IMG/VR virus record: IMGVR_UViG_3300043775_001647
Origin: an uncultured virus (IMG/VR IMGVR_UViG_3300043775_001647)
Taxonomy: Duplodnaviria > Heunggongvirae > Uroviricota > Caudoviricetes
DNA: 64,000 nt
Reading direction: 5' to 3' (one strand)
In this document: positions 55,913 to 64,000 of the stretch, one piece after another
Layout of the letters: every line of letters begins with the position of its first letter
Numbering within the stretch: position 1 is the stretch's first letter
Notes under the pieces: model-generated
The model's database searches: none
What the model saw: the letters and a program-made list of their open reading frames with translations, nothing else
What the model was told of the DNA's origin: nothing
Translations under genes and position numbers: made by a program

Positions 55913-56079
55913 AGTTCTAATAATTCTGTTCCTGGGTTTGATACTAATACTCGTGATGTATTTTCTTTGTGTAGAGCTTTTCCTGCAGCCCAGTTGTGAG
56001 TCCAGATCAGAGAGCCTTGTACCATACCGGCATAAGCTTCTCCGTCTTTATTTACTATTAGGTAATACTTATCCTTCAT
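55909..56079 (-). CDS. 56-aa hypothetical protein (not in ORF track)
   Basis: MKDKYYLIVNKDGEAYAG...; overlaps both neighbours. Confidence 0.55.
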   Translation of the reverse strand: MKDKYYLIVNKDGEAYAGMVQGSLIWTHNWAAGKALHKENTSRVLVSNPGTELLEL

Positions 56080-56887
56080 GCTTACTCAAAACGTTTTTAA
56101 CATGTTCAACTACTTGCTCCCAAGTTACCGGTCCGCCTTCGTCAGCGTATTGAACTGGATCTTTTCTTTGTAGTTTAATGAATGCTTCTACTCTCTCTAC
56201 TGAGGATGCTGACTTGTAATCAGAGTACCACCTACCGTTGATCTGGATTGGCTTATAAGAGGTGTTAGTCTTTTCATAAACAGAATCAAAGTCAATATGC
56301 ATTTTATCGCAGCACTTCTCTCCATCTCTCAAGATTCCAAACTTGGTTGACTTTAGATAGGGAGTATAAAGGCTTACTTTATCTGCACCCCAGTTACCTG
56401 ATTTAAATGCTTCAAAGTCTGCATCCCTAAATTCTTCCCGGCAGTCTGGATAAATAGCATGATCGCCAGAATGGATTCCCATTGCAATAACGCATTTAGT
56501 ATTCTTCTGTTCTGAAACTGATAATGCAACTGCTTGAATGATTGAACTGAAGATTTTATTCCTATTCGGAACAACGGTTGCTTTCATATTCTCTTCAGCA
56601 TAATGCCCTTCAGGAACATCAGCACCGCCTGTAACTAGAGTAGAGTTAAGCAATTGAGCTAAACCGTCAAGCTTAATTACTTGATATCTGATTACTGGAT
56701 ACCCTAAGGGGGTTACTTGGTGATTTAAATATTGAACTAGAGCTTTTGCTCTTTCGAGTTCAACTTTATGTTTCTGACCGTAGTCAAAGGATAGTGCTGT
56801 AACTTCGTAGCCATCGGCAAGTAGACGTAGTAACAGTGTTGAGGAATCCATCCCCCCGGATAAGCTAAGCACTGCTTGTTTATTCAT
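56069..56887 (-). CDS. queC: 7-cyano-7-deazaguanine synthase
   Basis: SGGMDS, FDYGQKH, VVPNRNKIF, YPDCR; C-terminal Zn cysteines absent. Confidence 0.92.
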   Translation of the reverse strand: MNKQAVLSLSGGMDSSTLLLRLLADGYEVTALSFDYGQKHKVELERAKALVQYLNHQVTPLGYPVIRYQVIKLDGLAQLLNSTLVTGGADVPEGHYAEENMKATVVPNRNKIFSSIIQAVALSVSEQKNTKCVIAMGIHSGDHAIYPDCREEFRDADFEAFKSGNWGADKVSLYTPYLKSTKFGILRDGEKCCDKMHIDFDSVYEKTNTSYKPIQINGRWYSDYKSASSVERVEAFIKLQRKDPVQYADEGGPVTWEQVVEHVKNVLSKHEG

Positions 56888-57024
56888 AATTTTGTTTTGT
56901 TAGCTAATTTACGTAATTTTTCTAAATTATTCAAGTTTATTCGAAAACGATTTTCCCAAATAGCATCTAATACTTTCTTAATTTCAGCTTCATAAGCTGA
57001 ATTAATGTCTATTTTTTGCATAGC

Positions 57025-57264
57025 TTAAAGAAGTAAGTCGTCTGGTTCGTTGTAAAGAATCTTTGTGCTTGGCGTAGCTCCTGTGTCAAAATATGCTTCT
57101 AGCCAATATACAGGGTACATTTTAATTTCTCCTTTGTATTGTCTGTTAGAAACATTTTTTGTTTGTACCACAATTCCTTCTACGAGAGCTGCTTTAGCTA
57201 CTTCCAATCCTAATTCACGACCAGCAGCTTTGCCTAAAAAGTCGAAGAGTGATTTGAATTCCAT
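57025..57264 (-). CDS. Hypothetical protein
   Basis: SLFDFLGKAAG..LG..V; start 57264. Confidence 0.75.
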   Translation of the reverse strand: MEFKSLFDFLGKAAGRELGLEVAKAALVEGIVVQTKNVSNRQYKGEIKMYPVYWLEAYFDTGATPSTKILYNEPDDLLL

Positions 57265-57265
57265 A

Positions 57266-57466
57266 CTACTGCTCATCGTCATTGTCCTCCGGGCCTTCAT
57301 TAAGAGTGTCTAAGTAGATGAGACCTGATATTACAGCAGAAATTCCATGCCCGAATGCAATCCAAGCGGTTCCTACCCACACTCCTAGAATCATTCCGAG
57401 AATGTTAGCGACTAAAGAGAAAAGAGCGAATCCTTTCCATAATTTTTTTTGTGTAACCTTATTCAT
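57266..57466 (-). CDS. Two-TM membrane protein
   Basis: Two hydrophobic helices. Confidence 0.7.
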   Translation of the reverse strand: MNKVTQKKLWKGFALFSLVANILGMILGVWVGTAWIAFGHGISAVISGLIYLDTLNEGPEDNDDEQ

Positions 57467-57666
57467 TATTTTGTTTTTAATTTTCTTTTCTTTTTTTCCT
57501 TTAAAGAATCTAAATACTCTTTTGAATATTTGTGATCTACGCGGTAAGGTCCGCTGGTAGATACGCTCTTGTCATAATACCAAGTAGATACTATCCCTGT
57601 TTCATTAACATACTCCCGAACGTATTTGTCCAAAGGAGCCGGAGGTGGTTTAGGAACGTATGCCAT
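57466..57666 (-). CDS. Hypothetical protein
   Basis: Promoter at ~57681; AAGTT-ATG start. Confidence 0.7.
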   Translation of the reverse strand: MAYVPKPPPAPLDKYVREYVNETGIVSTWYYDKSVSTSGPYRVDHKYSKEYLDSLKEKKKRKLKTK

Positions 57667-57755
57667 AACTTTTATTATACTTAAAGATACGAACTATTAG
57701 TTACAAAAGCAACTAAAAAATTTCGTAGATTGTATTTGCTTCTTTTTCAGTAACC

Positions 57756-58553
57756 TTACTTATCAACCTCCACCATGGATTGTTTGACAGTGACTTTGGA
57801 ATTTTGGTTGACCCGTAATTCTTTTTCTTGGTGTTTTTTCTTTGACGATGTATTTTCATAGATCTTTAAATTTAATTTATCTATAATACATAGTGCCATC
57901 TTTTTATGCCCTGTAGCGGTCATATGACATAAAAAGTCTCCACAATCAGTTCTTGAAATGCAGTGTGTCTCAATGACTACTGCTCCTTTAATAGAATCAA
58001 TAAGATACTGTTGGAACTTAGCATAACGTTGAGGATAACCTTTATATACATCCCTTCCCTTAATGTTAATACAAGTCACCGGATCAAATCCGGTAATAAC
58101 AATTGGAGTTACTCCGTGTCGGTTGCACATATTAACAATTGCCTGAATATTCTTAACTGATTTCATAGGCGGTCTGTTACCGGCCATATCATTAGCACCT
58201 CCGTAGATGAAGCAGTAATCAAAGTACTCAGTCACTTTTGCTCTTGCCTGTTCAACCATCCATGCTGTTTGCTTCCCGCCAACGGCAGTATTCAAATAAG
58301 TCATCTTAGTCTTCTTACAGAGCTGATGCTGCCATCCGTAGTCAGCTGCCGAGTGTGAATCACCAATAAACAAAGCCTTCTTTCCTTTAACTGAAAGGAC
58401 TGTGTCTTGTTTGATTGTATCCTGCTTGATAGTATCTACTTGAGGTAATTCACCCCAGGCTAAAGGATCTCTAACGGCAGGTTTTGATTCTACTACCACC
58501 CATCCCACTACCAGGCTCAAGGCTACTAATACAAGTGCGTCTTTAACTGTCAT
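57756..58553 (-). CDS. Exported SGNH/GDSL hydrolase
   Basis: FIGDSH, AVGG, GANDM, DFLCH; N-terminal TM. Confidence 0.85.
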   Translation of the reverse strand: MTVKDALVLVALSLVVGWVVVESKPAVRDPLAWGELPQVDTIKQDTIKQDTVLSVKGKKALFIGDSHSAADYGWQHQLCKKTKMTYLNTAVGGKQTAWMVEQARAKVTEYFDYCFIYGGANDMAGNRPPMKSVKNIQAIVNMCNRHGVTPIVITGFDPVTCINIKGRDVYKGYPQRYAKFQQYLIDSIKGAVVIETHCISRTDCGDFLCHMTATGHKKMALCIIDKLNLKIYENTSSKKKHQEKELRVNQNSKVTVKQSMVEVDK

Positions 58554-58975
58554 TTTTTAATCTTGATTAAGTATCCTTCCGGAACTGATTTAAATTCTTC
58601 AGCAATCATTCCTTTAAATGATTCGTCAAACATTCCCATATCATATCCTGAATGTAGATAAGGTCCGCCTGAAGGATCGATCATATCGATTTTAGTAGTA
58701 TCTGAATAGACTAAACCTCGGTATTTTTTAGATAGTGGAGTTGATTCAAATGTTTTCTTATCGTATTCGTGAACGGCTTCTTTAAACTTACCTAGAGTCA
58801 TTTGTTTATCAGTATCAACATCAGCACAATAGGCTTCATAAGCTCTATTATAAACGTTAGGCCACCCGCATCGCATCCATTTAAACTCTCCTTCAAACAG
58901 AATATCTCCTTCGTCAGTTTTACTAAACGTATAGATGTCCCGGTACCGGTTTTCAAATTCTATTTTACTTTTCAT
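58550..58975 (-). CDS. Hypothetical protein
   Basis: NRYRD, MIDPSGGPY. Confidence 0.75.
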   Translation of the reverse strand: MKSKIEFENRYRDIYTFSKTDEGDILFEGEFKWMRCGWPNVYNRAYEAYCADVDTDKQMTLGKFKEAVHEYDKKTFESTPLSKKYRGLVYSDTTKIDMIDPSGGPYLHSGYDMGMFDESFKGMIAEEFKSVPEGYLIKIKK

Positions 58976-59270
58976 CTTTATTGTATTCCTCCCAGTTACT
59001 GAATTTAAGACCCCACATTAAGCTGCACATAGCCATTTCGCGTTCGGCTACTTTAGCATATAGCTTAAGTTCCTTCATAAGGTATTTCTTACCCCATGCT
59101 TTCCATTCTTCACTCTGCTCAACAGTCATAGTCCATTGAGCATACCAATCGTCTTTTCGGTCCTTGATATCCTCGTAAGTGACTTCGTGACCGGCTACTT
59201 CAAACATCTTGTTGATTAGCTCAACAACTGCTTTATTCCATTTCTCTTCTCTACTTAATCGTTTTACCAT
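58965..59270 (-). CDS. Hypothetical protein
   Basis: Promoter variant at ~59275. Confidence 0.75.
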   Translation of the reverse strand: MVKRLSREEKWNKAVVELINKMFEVAGHEVTYEDIKDRKDDWYAQWTMTVEQSEEWKAWGKKYLMKELKLYAKVAEREMAMCSLMWGLKFSNWEEYNKDEK

Positions 59271-59306
59271 ATCCTTAATATACGAATAATCTTTCAGAAT
59301 TCCAAC

Positions 59307-59729
59307 TCAATCCCACCATTCTTCAATCCTATCGTTCATTATTTTGAACAATAAACGTTTGGCTTTATTATGCTGTGCTTGTATTCTATAATACATTTCA
59401 CCAGTCATAGGTTTAGTATCATAATATTCAGCATAATAATCCTCGTTTTGTATTTTATTGATTAGTCTAACACAGGTCATCATTAATTCAGCATCACGTT
59501 GGGCGCCATTATGAAAACCAACATGGGCTAAGTGTTTAGCCTGTTTCTCTAATTTAAATTTTAATACCTGAAAAATATAATGATGATCCCAGTCTCTATC
59601 TTTCCAAATGACCCAAAACCATTTATACAAGTTTTTAACTCCATACTTAGTATATTTGTACTGGTAGGGTAGTTCCCATCTTACCCACCTGTAGAGTTTC
59701 CAGTACCATTGATCGTATTCTTCGTTCAT
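59307..59729 (-). CDS. Hypothetical protein
   Basis: IWKDRDWD...WWD. Confidence 0.8.
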   Translation of the reverse strand: MNEEYDQWYWKLYRWVRWELPYQYKYTKYGVKNLYKWFWVIWKDRDWDHHYIFQVLKFKLEKQAKHLAHVGFHNGAQRDAELMMTCVRLINKIQNEDYYAEYYDTKPMTGEMYYRIQAQHNKAKRLLFKIMNDRIEEWWD

Positions 59730-60079
59730 AACTTAAATAATTCGTATACGCTGTTCCTTGTATTAAACTTAAGATACGAACCATCCTCTGAAGATTCAAC
59801 TATTTCTGTAATATCTGTTGTCATCCAAGTAAAGAAATCATTAAACGGAGACATAAGTAATGATCGTCCTATTGCCGGTTCAGTACAGTCTTGCTTAACT
59901 CTACCTTCCTCGTTCCATTCCAACCATTTTATATCCCTGGATTGATTAACTAAGCCATCACGTTCACGAACTAATTTCCAGTTAAATTCGTTTTCAATTA
60001 CTCTTTGCTCAACAGCAATTTTAAATACATTATCCTCAGTTAGGATCATCGGTATTTTTGTTTGTTTAATCTTACTCAT
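59726..60079 (-). CDS. Hypothetical protein
   Basis: FTWMTT...FNTRNSVYEL. Confidence 0.8.
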   Translation of the reverse strand: MSKIKQTKIPMILTEDNVFKIAVEQRVIENEFNWKLVRERDGLVNQSRDIKWLEWNEEGRVKQDCTEPAIGRSLLMSPFNDFFTWMTTDITEIVESSEDGSYLKFNTRNSVYELFKL

Positions 60080-60314
60080 CTGATTTGTGTTTAAGTATAA
60101 ATTTAATACATCCTTTGTAAATTAGCAACTTACATATCCACTTAGGTAGCCAACCTGCCATGTAAGGTTCTGTTTTAGTTAGAACATAGAAGTGATTTCC
60201 AAACTCAATAGTAGCCAATTCACCTCTTGCTCTAAAGTAGAAGGGTTGCTTTAAGAACCAACCTTCTGCCTGTACCGGGCAATTACCTGACGGTTTATAT
60301 TTCCATTTAATCAT
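60072..60314 (-). CDS. Hypothetical protein
   Basis: GNCPVQAEG...FYFRARG. Confidence 0.75.
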   Translation of the reverse strand: MIKWKYKPSGNCPVQAEGWFLKQPFYFRARGELATIEFGNHFYVLTKTEPYMAGWLPKWICKLLIYKGCIKFILKHKSDE

Positions 60315-60493
60315 TCTAGAGTAAATTTACTATTTAGACCTTCCTTTATTCTTGCTAATTCTAACTTATCACTCATCTCTTCATAGATCTCATCAAAACC
60401 TTCCCCACTCTCTTTTGAGAGTTTGTATTGCTCCTCAGTAAGTTCTACTTCGTAGATGCGTTCAGTTCTTTCTATTTTAATTAATTTAGGCAT
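60311..60493 (-). CDS. Hypothetical protein
   Basis: ATGA overlap. Confidence 0.65.
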   Translation of the reverse strand: MPKLIKIERTERIYEVELTEEQYKLSKESGEGFDEIYEEMSDKLELARIKEGLNSKFTLE

Positions 60494-60596
60494 AATTTTA
60501 GTTTTGTATTTCTATTTAATTATTGCTTATTTATTTTTCTTAGTTCAAAAACTATTTGCCATAAAGGTAAAGCTATTAGTAGTGCTGCTAACATTA

Positions 60597-60815
60597 TCAT
60601 TGCTCACCTCCTCCGTAGGTTTCGTTGTAGTATTGTTCTGCCCATGTATCGCCAGGTCCAGGTCCTGCGTACAATAAAGTATTAGCGGCATCAATGATTT
60701 GTTGTTTCTCCATTTCTTTGGCTTGTTCTTTCCATTCAGAAGGTATTGAATAACCTGCAAAAAGGAATCTGTCATACAACCACTCCACTGCCGTTTGTTG
60801 TTTATTGTTTGTCAT
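60597..60815 (-). CDS. Small accessory protein, paralog of 61128-61349
   Basis: KQQTAVEWL...AKEMEKQQIIDA...EQYYNETYGGGEQ. Confidence 0.75.
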   Translation of the reverse strand: MTNNKQQTAVEWLYDRFLFAGYSIPSEWKEQAKEMEKQQIIDAANTLLYAGPGPGDTWAEQYYNETYGGGEQ

Positions 60816-61131
60816 TGCTCGCTAATTTTGATTGCAAAAATTCAATTAGTTGTTTCAATTCGTCTTGGTTTAAGAATAATGTTTCTATACCTAAAAATGC
60901 ACATTCAATTCCAACATCCCCGTCTGGATAACCTTTTATACTCCATTGGGAAAGTTCTTGTTGAATGTCAATCCTATCCCATTGTGGGTTTTCTTGGTAC
61001 TTGATGTATTTAAATCTTTGTTTATTGTTTTCCATTCTTTTATCGTTTAAAAATTTGTTTAGTGTTTCAGTTGTTTCATTGCTTAATGCTTCATCAAGTT
61101 TGTTTTCAAGTTTGTTTAAGTCAAGGCTCAT
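60802..61131 (-). CDS. Hypothetical protein
   Basis: ATGA overlap. Confidence 0.7.
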   Translation of the reverse strand: MSLDLNKLENKLDEALSNETTETLNKFLNDKRMENNKQRFKYIKYQENPQWDRIDIQQELSQWSIKGYPDGDVGIECAFLGIETLFLNQDELKQLIEFLQSKLASNDKQ

Positions 61132-61349
61132 TGCTCACCTCCTCCGTAGGTTTGTTGGTAGTATTGTTCGCCCGAAACACATTGTAAATTGTTCACTCCT
61201 TTCATTTTGATTCCGTGAGCCCATATAATTTCACTCTTATGCATTGCCATATGCTCCTCTAATATAGCATACCAAATGAATTTATCCTTTGGTGTATCCC
61301 ATAACTTGTGGAATAACTGTTCTATTGATGTTTGTTTATTGTTGCTCAT
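61128..61349 (-). CDS. Small accessory protein, paralog of 60597-60815
   Basis: KQTSIEQL...EQYYQQTYGGGEQ. Confidence 0.75.
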   Translation of the reverse strand: MSNNKQTSIEQLFHKLWDTPKDKFIWYAILEEHMAMHKSEIIWAHGIKMKGVNNLQCVSGEQYYQQTYGGGEQ

Positions 61350-61554
61350 TTATTATGCCTTTTTTCAATACAGCTTTAATTTTCCACATATACTCTCTAT
61401 AAAGCATATAACTGTGTCTTGCTTGTTGACCGCCCTTTACATTGTGTAAATCTGAAATCATGTCGTCCATTAATCTAGATAAGAAATCTAAATCCTCAAA
61501 CACATTTTTTAATGTATTTTCATCCATGTTTACTGTTTTCATATTATTGCTCAT
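61336..61554 (-). CDS. Hypothetical protein
   Basis: Packed gene run. Confidence 0.65.
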   Translation of the reverse strand: MSNNMKTVNMDENTLKNVFEDLDFLSRLMDDMISDLHNVKGGQQARHSYMLYREYMWKIKAVLKKGIINEQQ

Positions 61555-61714
61555 TATTTTTATAAATTACAATACCCCATTTTAACCAACCTATTACAAT
61601 AACACCATTCCCAAATCTTTCCCTAAAAGATTGTTTGTAGTAATAAATTGTAGGAAGTATTTCTACTATATTTTCAAAATACTCAAACCTAATTTTAATT
61701 TTACTGTTACTCAT
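61544..61714 (-). CDS. Hypothetical protein
   Basis: ILPTI...GWLKWG; start 61714. Confidence 0.6.
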   Translation of the reverse strand: MSNSKIKIRFEYFENIVEILPTIYYYKQSFRERFGNGVIVIGWLKWGIVIYKNNEQ

Positions 61715-62024
61715 TGCTGTTAAATACTTTAGGAAGTTCATCTAATGTCATTCTACTATTATCGGCTTGCATTTTATACAATTCATCTTGTACTTTATCA
61801 TAGATATTTATTCTACTCATAATCCTAGGATCATTTGATTCTACTGATATAAATTCTAATGTTAGAATAAGTCGTTTAACACCTATTAAAGCACATTGTA
61901 TTGCTTCTTTATAACGTCTATCACAGCTCATAAGCCCATGATTTAATGAACCATTATTAGGCAGTGCGTAATAATATTCATGAATAATTTCTAGTGCTAC
62001 TCTTCTATATTGATCTATTTCCAT
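61707..62024 (-). CDS. Hypothetical protein
   Basis: 105 aa. Confidence 0.7.
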   Translation of the reverse strand: MEIDQYRRVALEIIHEYYYALPNNGSLNHGLMSCDRRYKEAIQCALIGVKRLILTLEFISVESNDPRIMSRINIYDKVQDELYKMQADNSRMTLDELPKVFNSNE

Positions 62025-62025
62025 A

Positions 62026-62304
62026 TTACCATTGACTTAAAGTGTAGATTAATTTAGCAACATCACTTGCTGTTTGACGAGGCATAACATCACTTCCATC
62101 TACAATCTCAAACCATCTCTCTCCATCAGTCATCAACCAATTCCCTTGATTATCCCAAGCAGCTACTTCTGCTGTTGTTTCACCAGCATCACTGTAGGTG
62201 TGCTTGCCGAACTGAACGCTAATAGTACATCCGTTTTCGAAGGTCATTTGGAAGCCCTTATTGTAGCCTCTCTCAACCATTGTCTTAAATGCTTTATCTT
62301 TCAT
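62026..62304 (-). CDS. Hypothetical protein
   Basis: GFQMTFENGCTISVQF...AEVAAW; promoter/terminator hairpin upstream. Confidence 0.8.
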   Translation of the reverse strand: MKDKAFKTMVERGYNKGFQMTFENGCTISVQFGKHTYSDAGETTAEVAAWDNQGNWLMTDGERWFEIVDGSDVMPRQTASDVAKLIYTLSQW

Positions 62305-62362
62305 AACTTTTATTTATACTAATATACGAAAAAAGGCTCACATAAGCAAGCCTTTCCTCAAA

Positions 62363-63013
62363 TTAATCCATGTCTTTTTCTGTAGAAGACCTAGTTTGTT
62401 TCTTTTCTAATTCTTCTAATTGCCTTTCTAAACGATCAATACTACCCCAGATAATACTTGCTTTAGGATCTAGTCTCATAATATCAGCTACTAACTCTTC
62501 CTGCCTGCCTCTGCTATAAAACCCACTTTCAATATCATCAGCTAGATCTTGCAAATGTTTAGGTGCATGAATAGAGATACGTAGGTCATAGTCTTGCCAT
62601 TTAGTCTTCCAATCTACAAAAGCAATACCTTTAGTTAGCTTGCGTAGTAAGTTATGCAAAGTCCAGTTACGAACTCTTACAATAGATTTATCACTACCAA
62701 ACACATGTAAGAAGCGTAAAAACCATCTTGGGCAGAATTTAGGCTTAGCTTCATAGTCCATAGCGAGTACTAGAGGATAAAGAGCATTAAAGTAATCACC
62801 TCCTTCATCCCATATTTGTGTTCCTAAATACCCATACTTCTCAAATCCTTTAGGAAAGAATATGAAACGGAAATCATCTAACTCTATGTTACGAGTATAA
62901 ATCCTTCCTTTACTGCGTCCTCTCCAAAATAATATACTATACTTGATATTATCTAAACGCTCTTTAAGCGTTGGTGGTTTGTAAAATTTACTATTTTTAT
63001 CTATTTTGCTCAT
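62363..63013 (-). CDS. Hypothetical protein
   Basis: KPKFCPRWFLRFLHVFG; start 63013. Confidence 0.75.
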   Translation of the reverse strand: MSKIDKNSKFYKPPTLKERLDNIKYSILFWRGRSKGRIYTRNIELDDFRFIFFPKGFEKYGYLGTQIWDEGGDYFNALYPLVLAMDYEAKPKFCPRWFLRFLHVFGSDKSIVRVRNWTLHNLLRKLTKGIAFVDWKTKWQDYDLRISIHAPKHLQDLADDIESGFYSRGRQEELVADIMRLDPKASIIWGSIDRLERQLEELEKKQTRSSTEKDMD

Positions 63014-63015
63014 AA

Positions 63016-63372
63016 TTATCTTCCGTAAAAAGTTCCGTAGAACCAGTTTGACCAACTGCGTTTCATTTTAGTTACTTTGATATCTACCCGTCGTTTTGCA
63101 CAAGTAATCATATAAGTCTTTGGCTTTCCTTCTAAGCTTCTAGTATACTGCTTTAAAGCTTTGCCAAAATCTATCTTATAGATACTAAACAGGAACCAGA
63201 ATAGTTTCTGCTGATGATAGTCGTCAAAGATCCATCGACCGCTCTTGTAAGTAGCTAATTTGCTGTTAGTAGTTGAACCTTCATGCCCGCTGAATAGTTC
63301 AAAATGATCTCGTTGAGGTTTAAAAACCAGGTACTCGGTTTCGCTTAAATTGTAAATGAATGTATTTTCCAT
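63016..63372 (-). CDS. Hypothetical protein
   Basis: AAGTT-ATG start. Confidence 0.7.
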   Translation of the reverse strand: MENTFIYNLSETEYLVFKPQRDHFELFSGHEGSTTNSKLATYKSGRWIFDDYHQQKLFWFLFSIYKIDFGKALKQYTRSLEGKPKTYMITCAKRRVDIKVTKMKRSWSNWFYGTFYGR

Positions 63373-63530
63373 AACTTTTATTTCTTATATCGATTTTCAA
63401 AAGAGTATTTTTGAACTGCTGCCACAATAAGGGCGATTAATCCGTAGAGGAATAGTACTGCTAAATATTTCATAACTTATTTTTTTTATCTTATACTTAA
63501 GATACGAACAATAATTCAATAAAGCAACTA

Positions 63531-64000
63531 TTAGTAAACTTTTCCTAAATCATCAGTCTTAGCTCGATTAGAAGCTTCCTGTATCTTTGATCTCTTACCC
63601 CAGGCTGAAAGATGCTTATCGTTTTCGATAGTTTCAATTTGGGTCTGTAGAGGGGGTTTCTGTTCTCCGGTGTAAACTTCGTAAGGTTCTTTTTCTTCAT
63701 CTTCGATTTTCCAATCATCCTCCTCTTCTTTAACTAAGGGTGCGTCTAACCATTCCTTATCTTCTTCAGTTAATTTAGGAGTAGGCTGTTCTTCCTTCTT
63801 TGTAAAAGCAAAGTTAGCAGCAATCACCAAAGCAATCGCCAATGGATCAAATACAAAAATAATAACCAGTAAGAACCAGTTGATGATTTTATCCATGGGC
63901 TGTCCTGTAAGCCCGGAAAGGTATTTCAAAGGACCTAACTCAGAAGAAACTGTTGAGTTTGTTTTAACTTCTAAAATTTTATTCTCTAATGAGAAGATAG
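63531..64000 (-). CDS. Membrane protein, 3' part only (starts beyond the window)
   Basis: ELGPLKYL...WFLLVIIFVFDPLAIAL; frame open to the window end. Confidence 0.75.
   Translation of the reverse strand, partial: IFSLENKILEVKTNSTVSSELGPLKYLSGLTGQPMDKIINWFLLVIIFVFDPLAIALVIAANFAFTKKEEQPTPKLTEEDKEWLDAPLVKEEEDDWKIEDEEKEPYEVYTGEQKPPLQTQIETIENDKHLSAWGKRSKIQEASNRAKTDDLGKVY

Noticed and set aside
4977..62322. All plus-strand ORFs in the track
   Set aside because: Antisense shadows of well-supported minus-strand genes or tRNAs; no recognisable motifs or start signals
1..64000. Stop-codon reassignment
   Set aside because: Conserved genes are full length in code 11; TAA, TGA and TAG all end genes; no suppressor tRNA

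Overview
A 64-kb segment of a large, AT-rich tailed dsDNA phage genome. The host is very likely Bacteroidota, because early promoters match the Bacteroidota TTG-N19/20-TAnnTTT(G/A) pattern. Essentially all genes lie on the minus strand. From left to right the window holds: (1) a baseplate-like gene, a gp55-like late sigma factor and an HD protein; (2) six tRNAs with two structured spacers and two boxA-like motifs; (3) an ~8-kb island of small early genes, most with their own promoter, several overlapping the upstream terminator, and many leaderless; (4) a non-coding control zone at 16.0-16.9 kb with one of two copies of a plus-strand small-RNA-like element, C-tracts, a palindrome cluster and a TACGGTT array; (5) an ECF sigma factor and a folE / TGT-like / PurN-like formyltransferase / P-loop kinase / queF gene block; (6) a 16-kb glycan-biosynthesis island; (7) a Cas4-like nuclease, GroEL/GroES, IscA, a divergent family-A DNA polymerase, a dUTPase-like gene, HPRT, a secreted nuclease and ThyA; (8) queE-HNH-queD-trxA-queC and many small accessory genes. 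The most notable system is a complete 7-deazaguanine pathway, predicted to give formyl-preQ1 DNA. It includes a dedicated kinase and an altered polymerase, which suggest the modified base is incorporated from the nucleotide pool. All protein calls come from visual motif recognition; no database searches were run.
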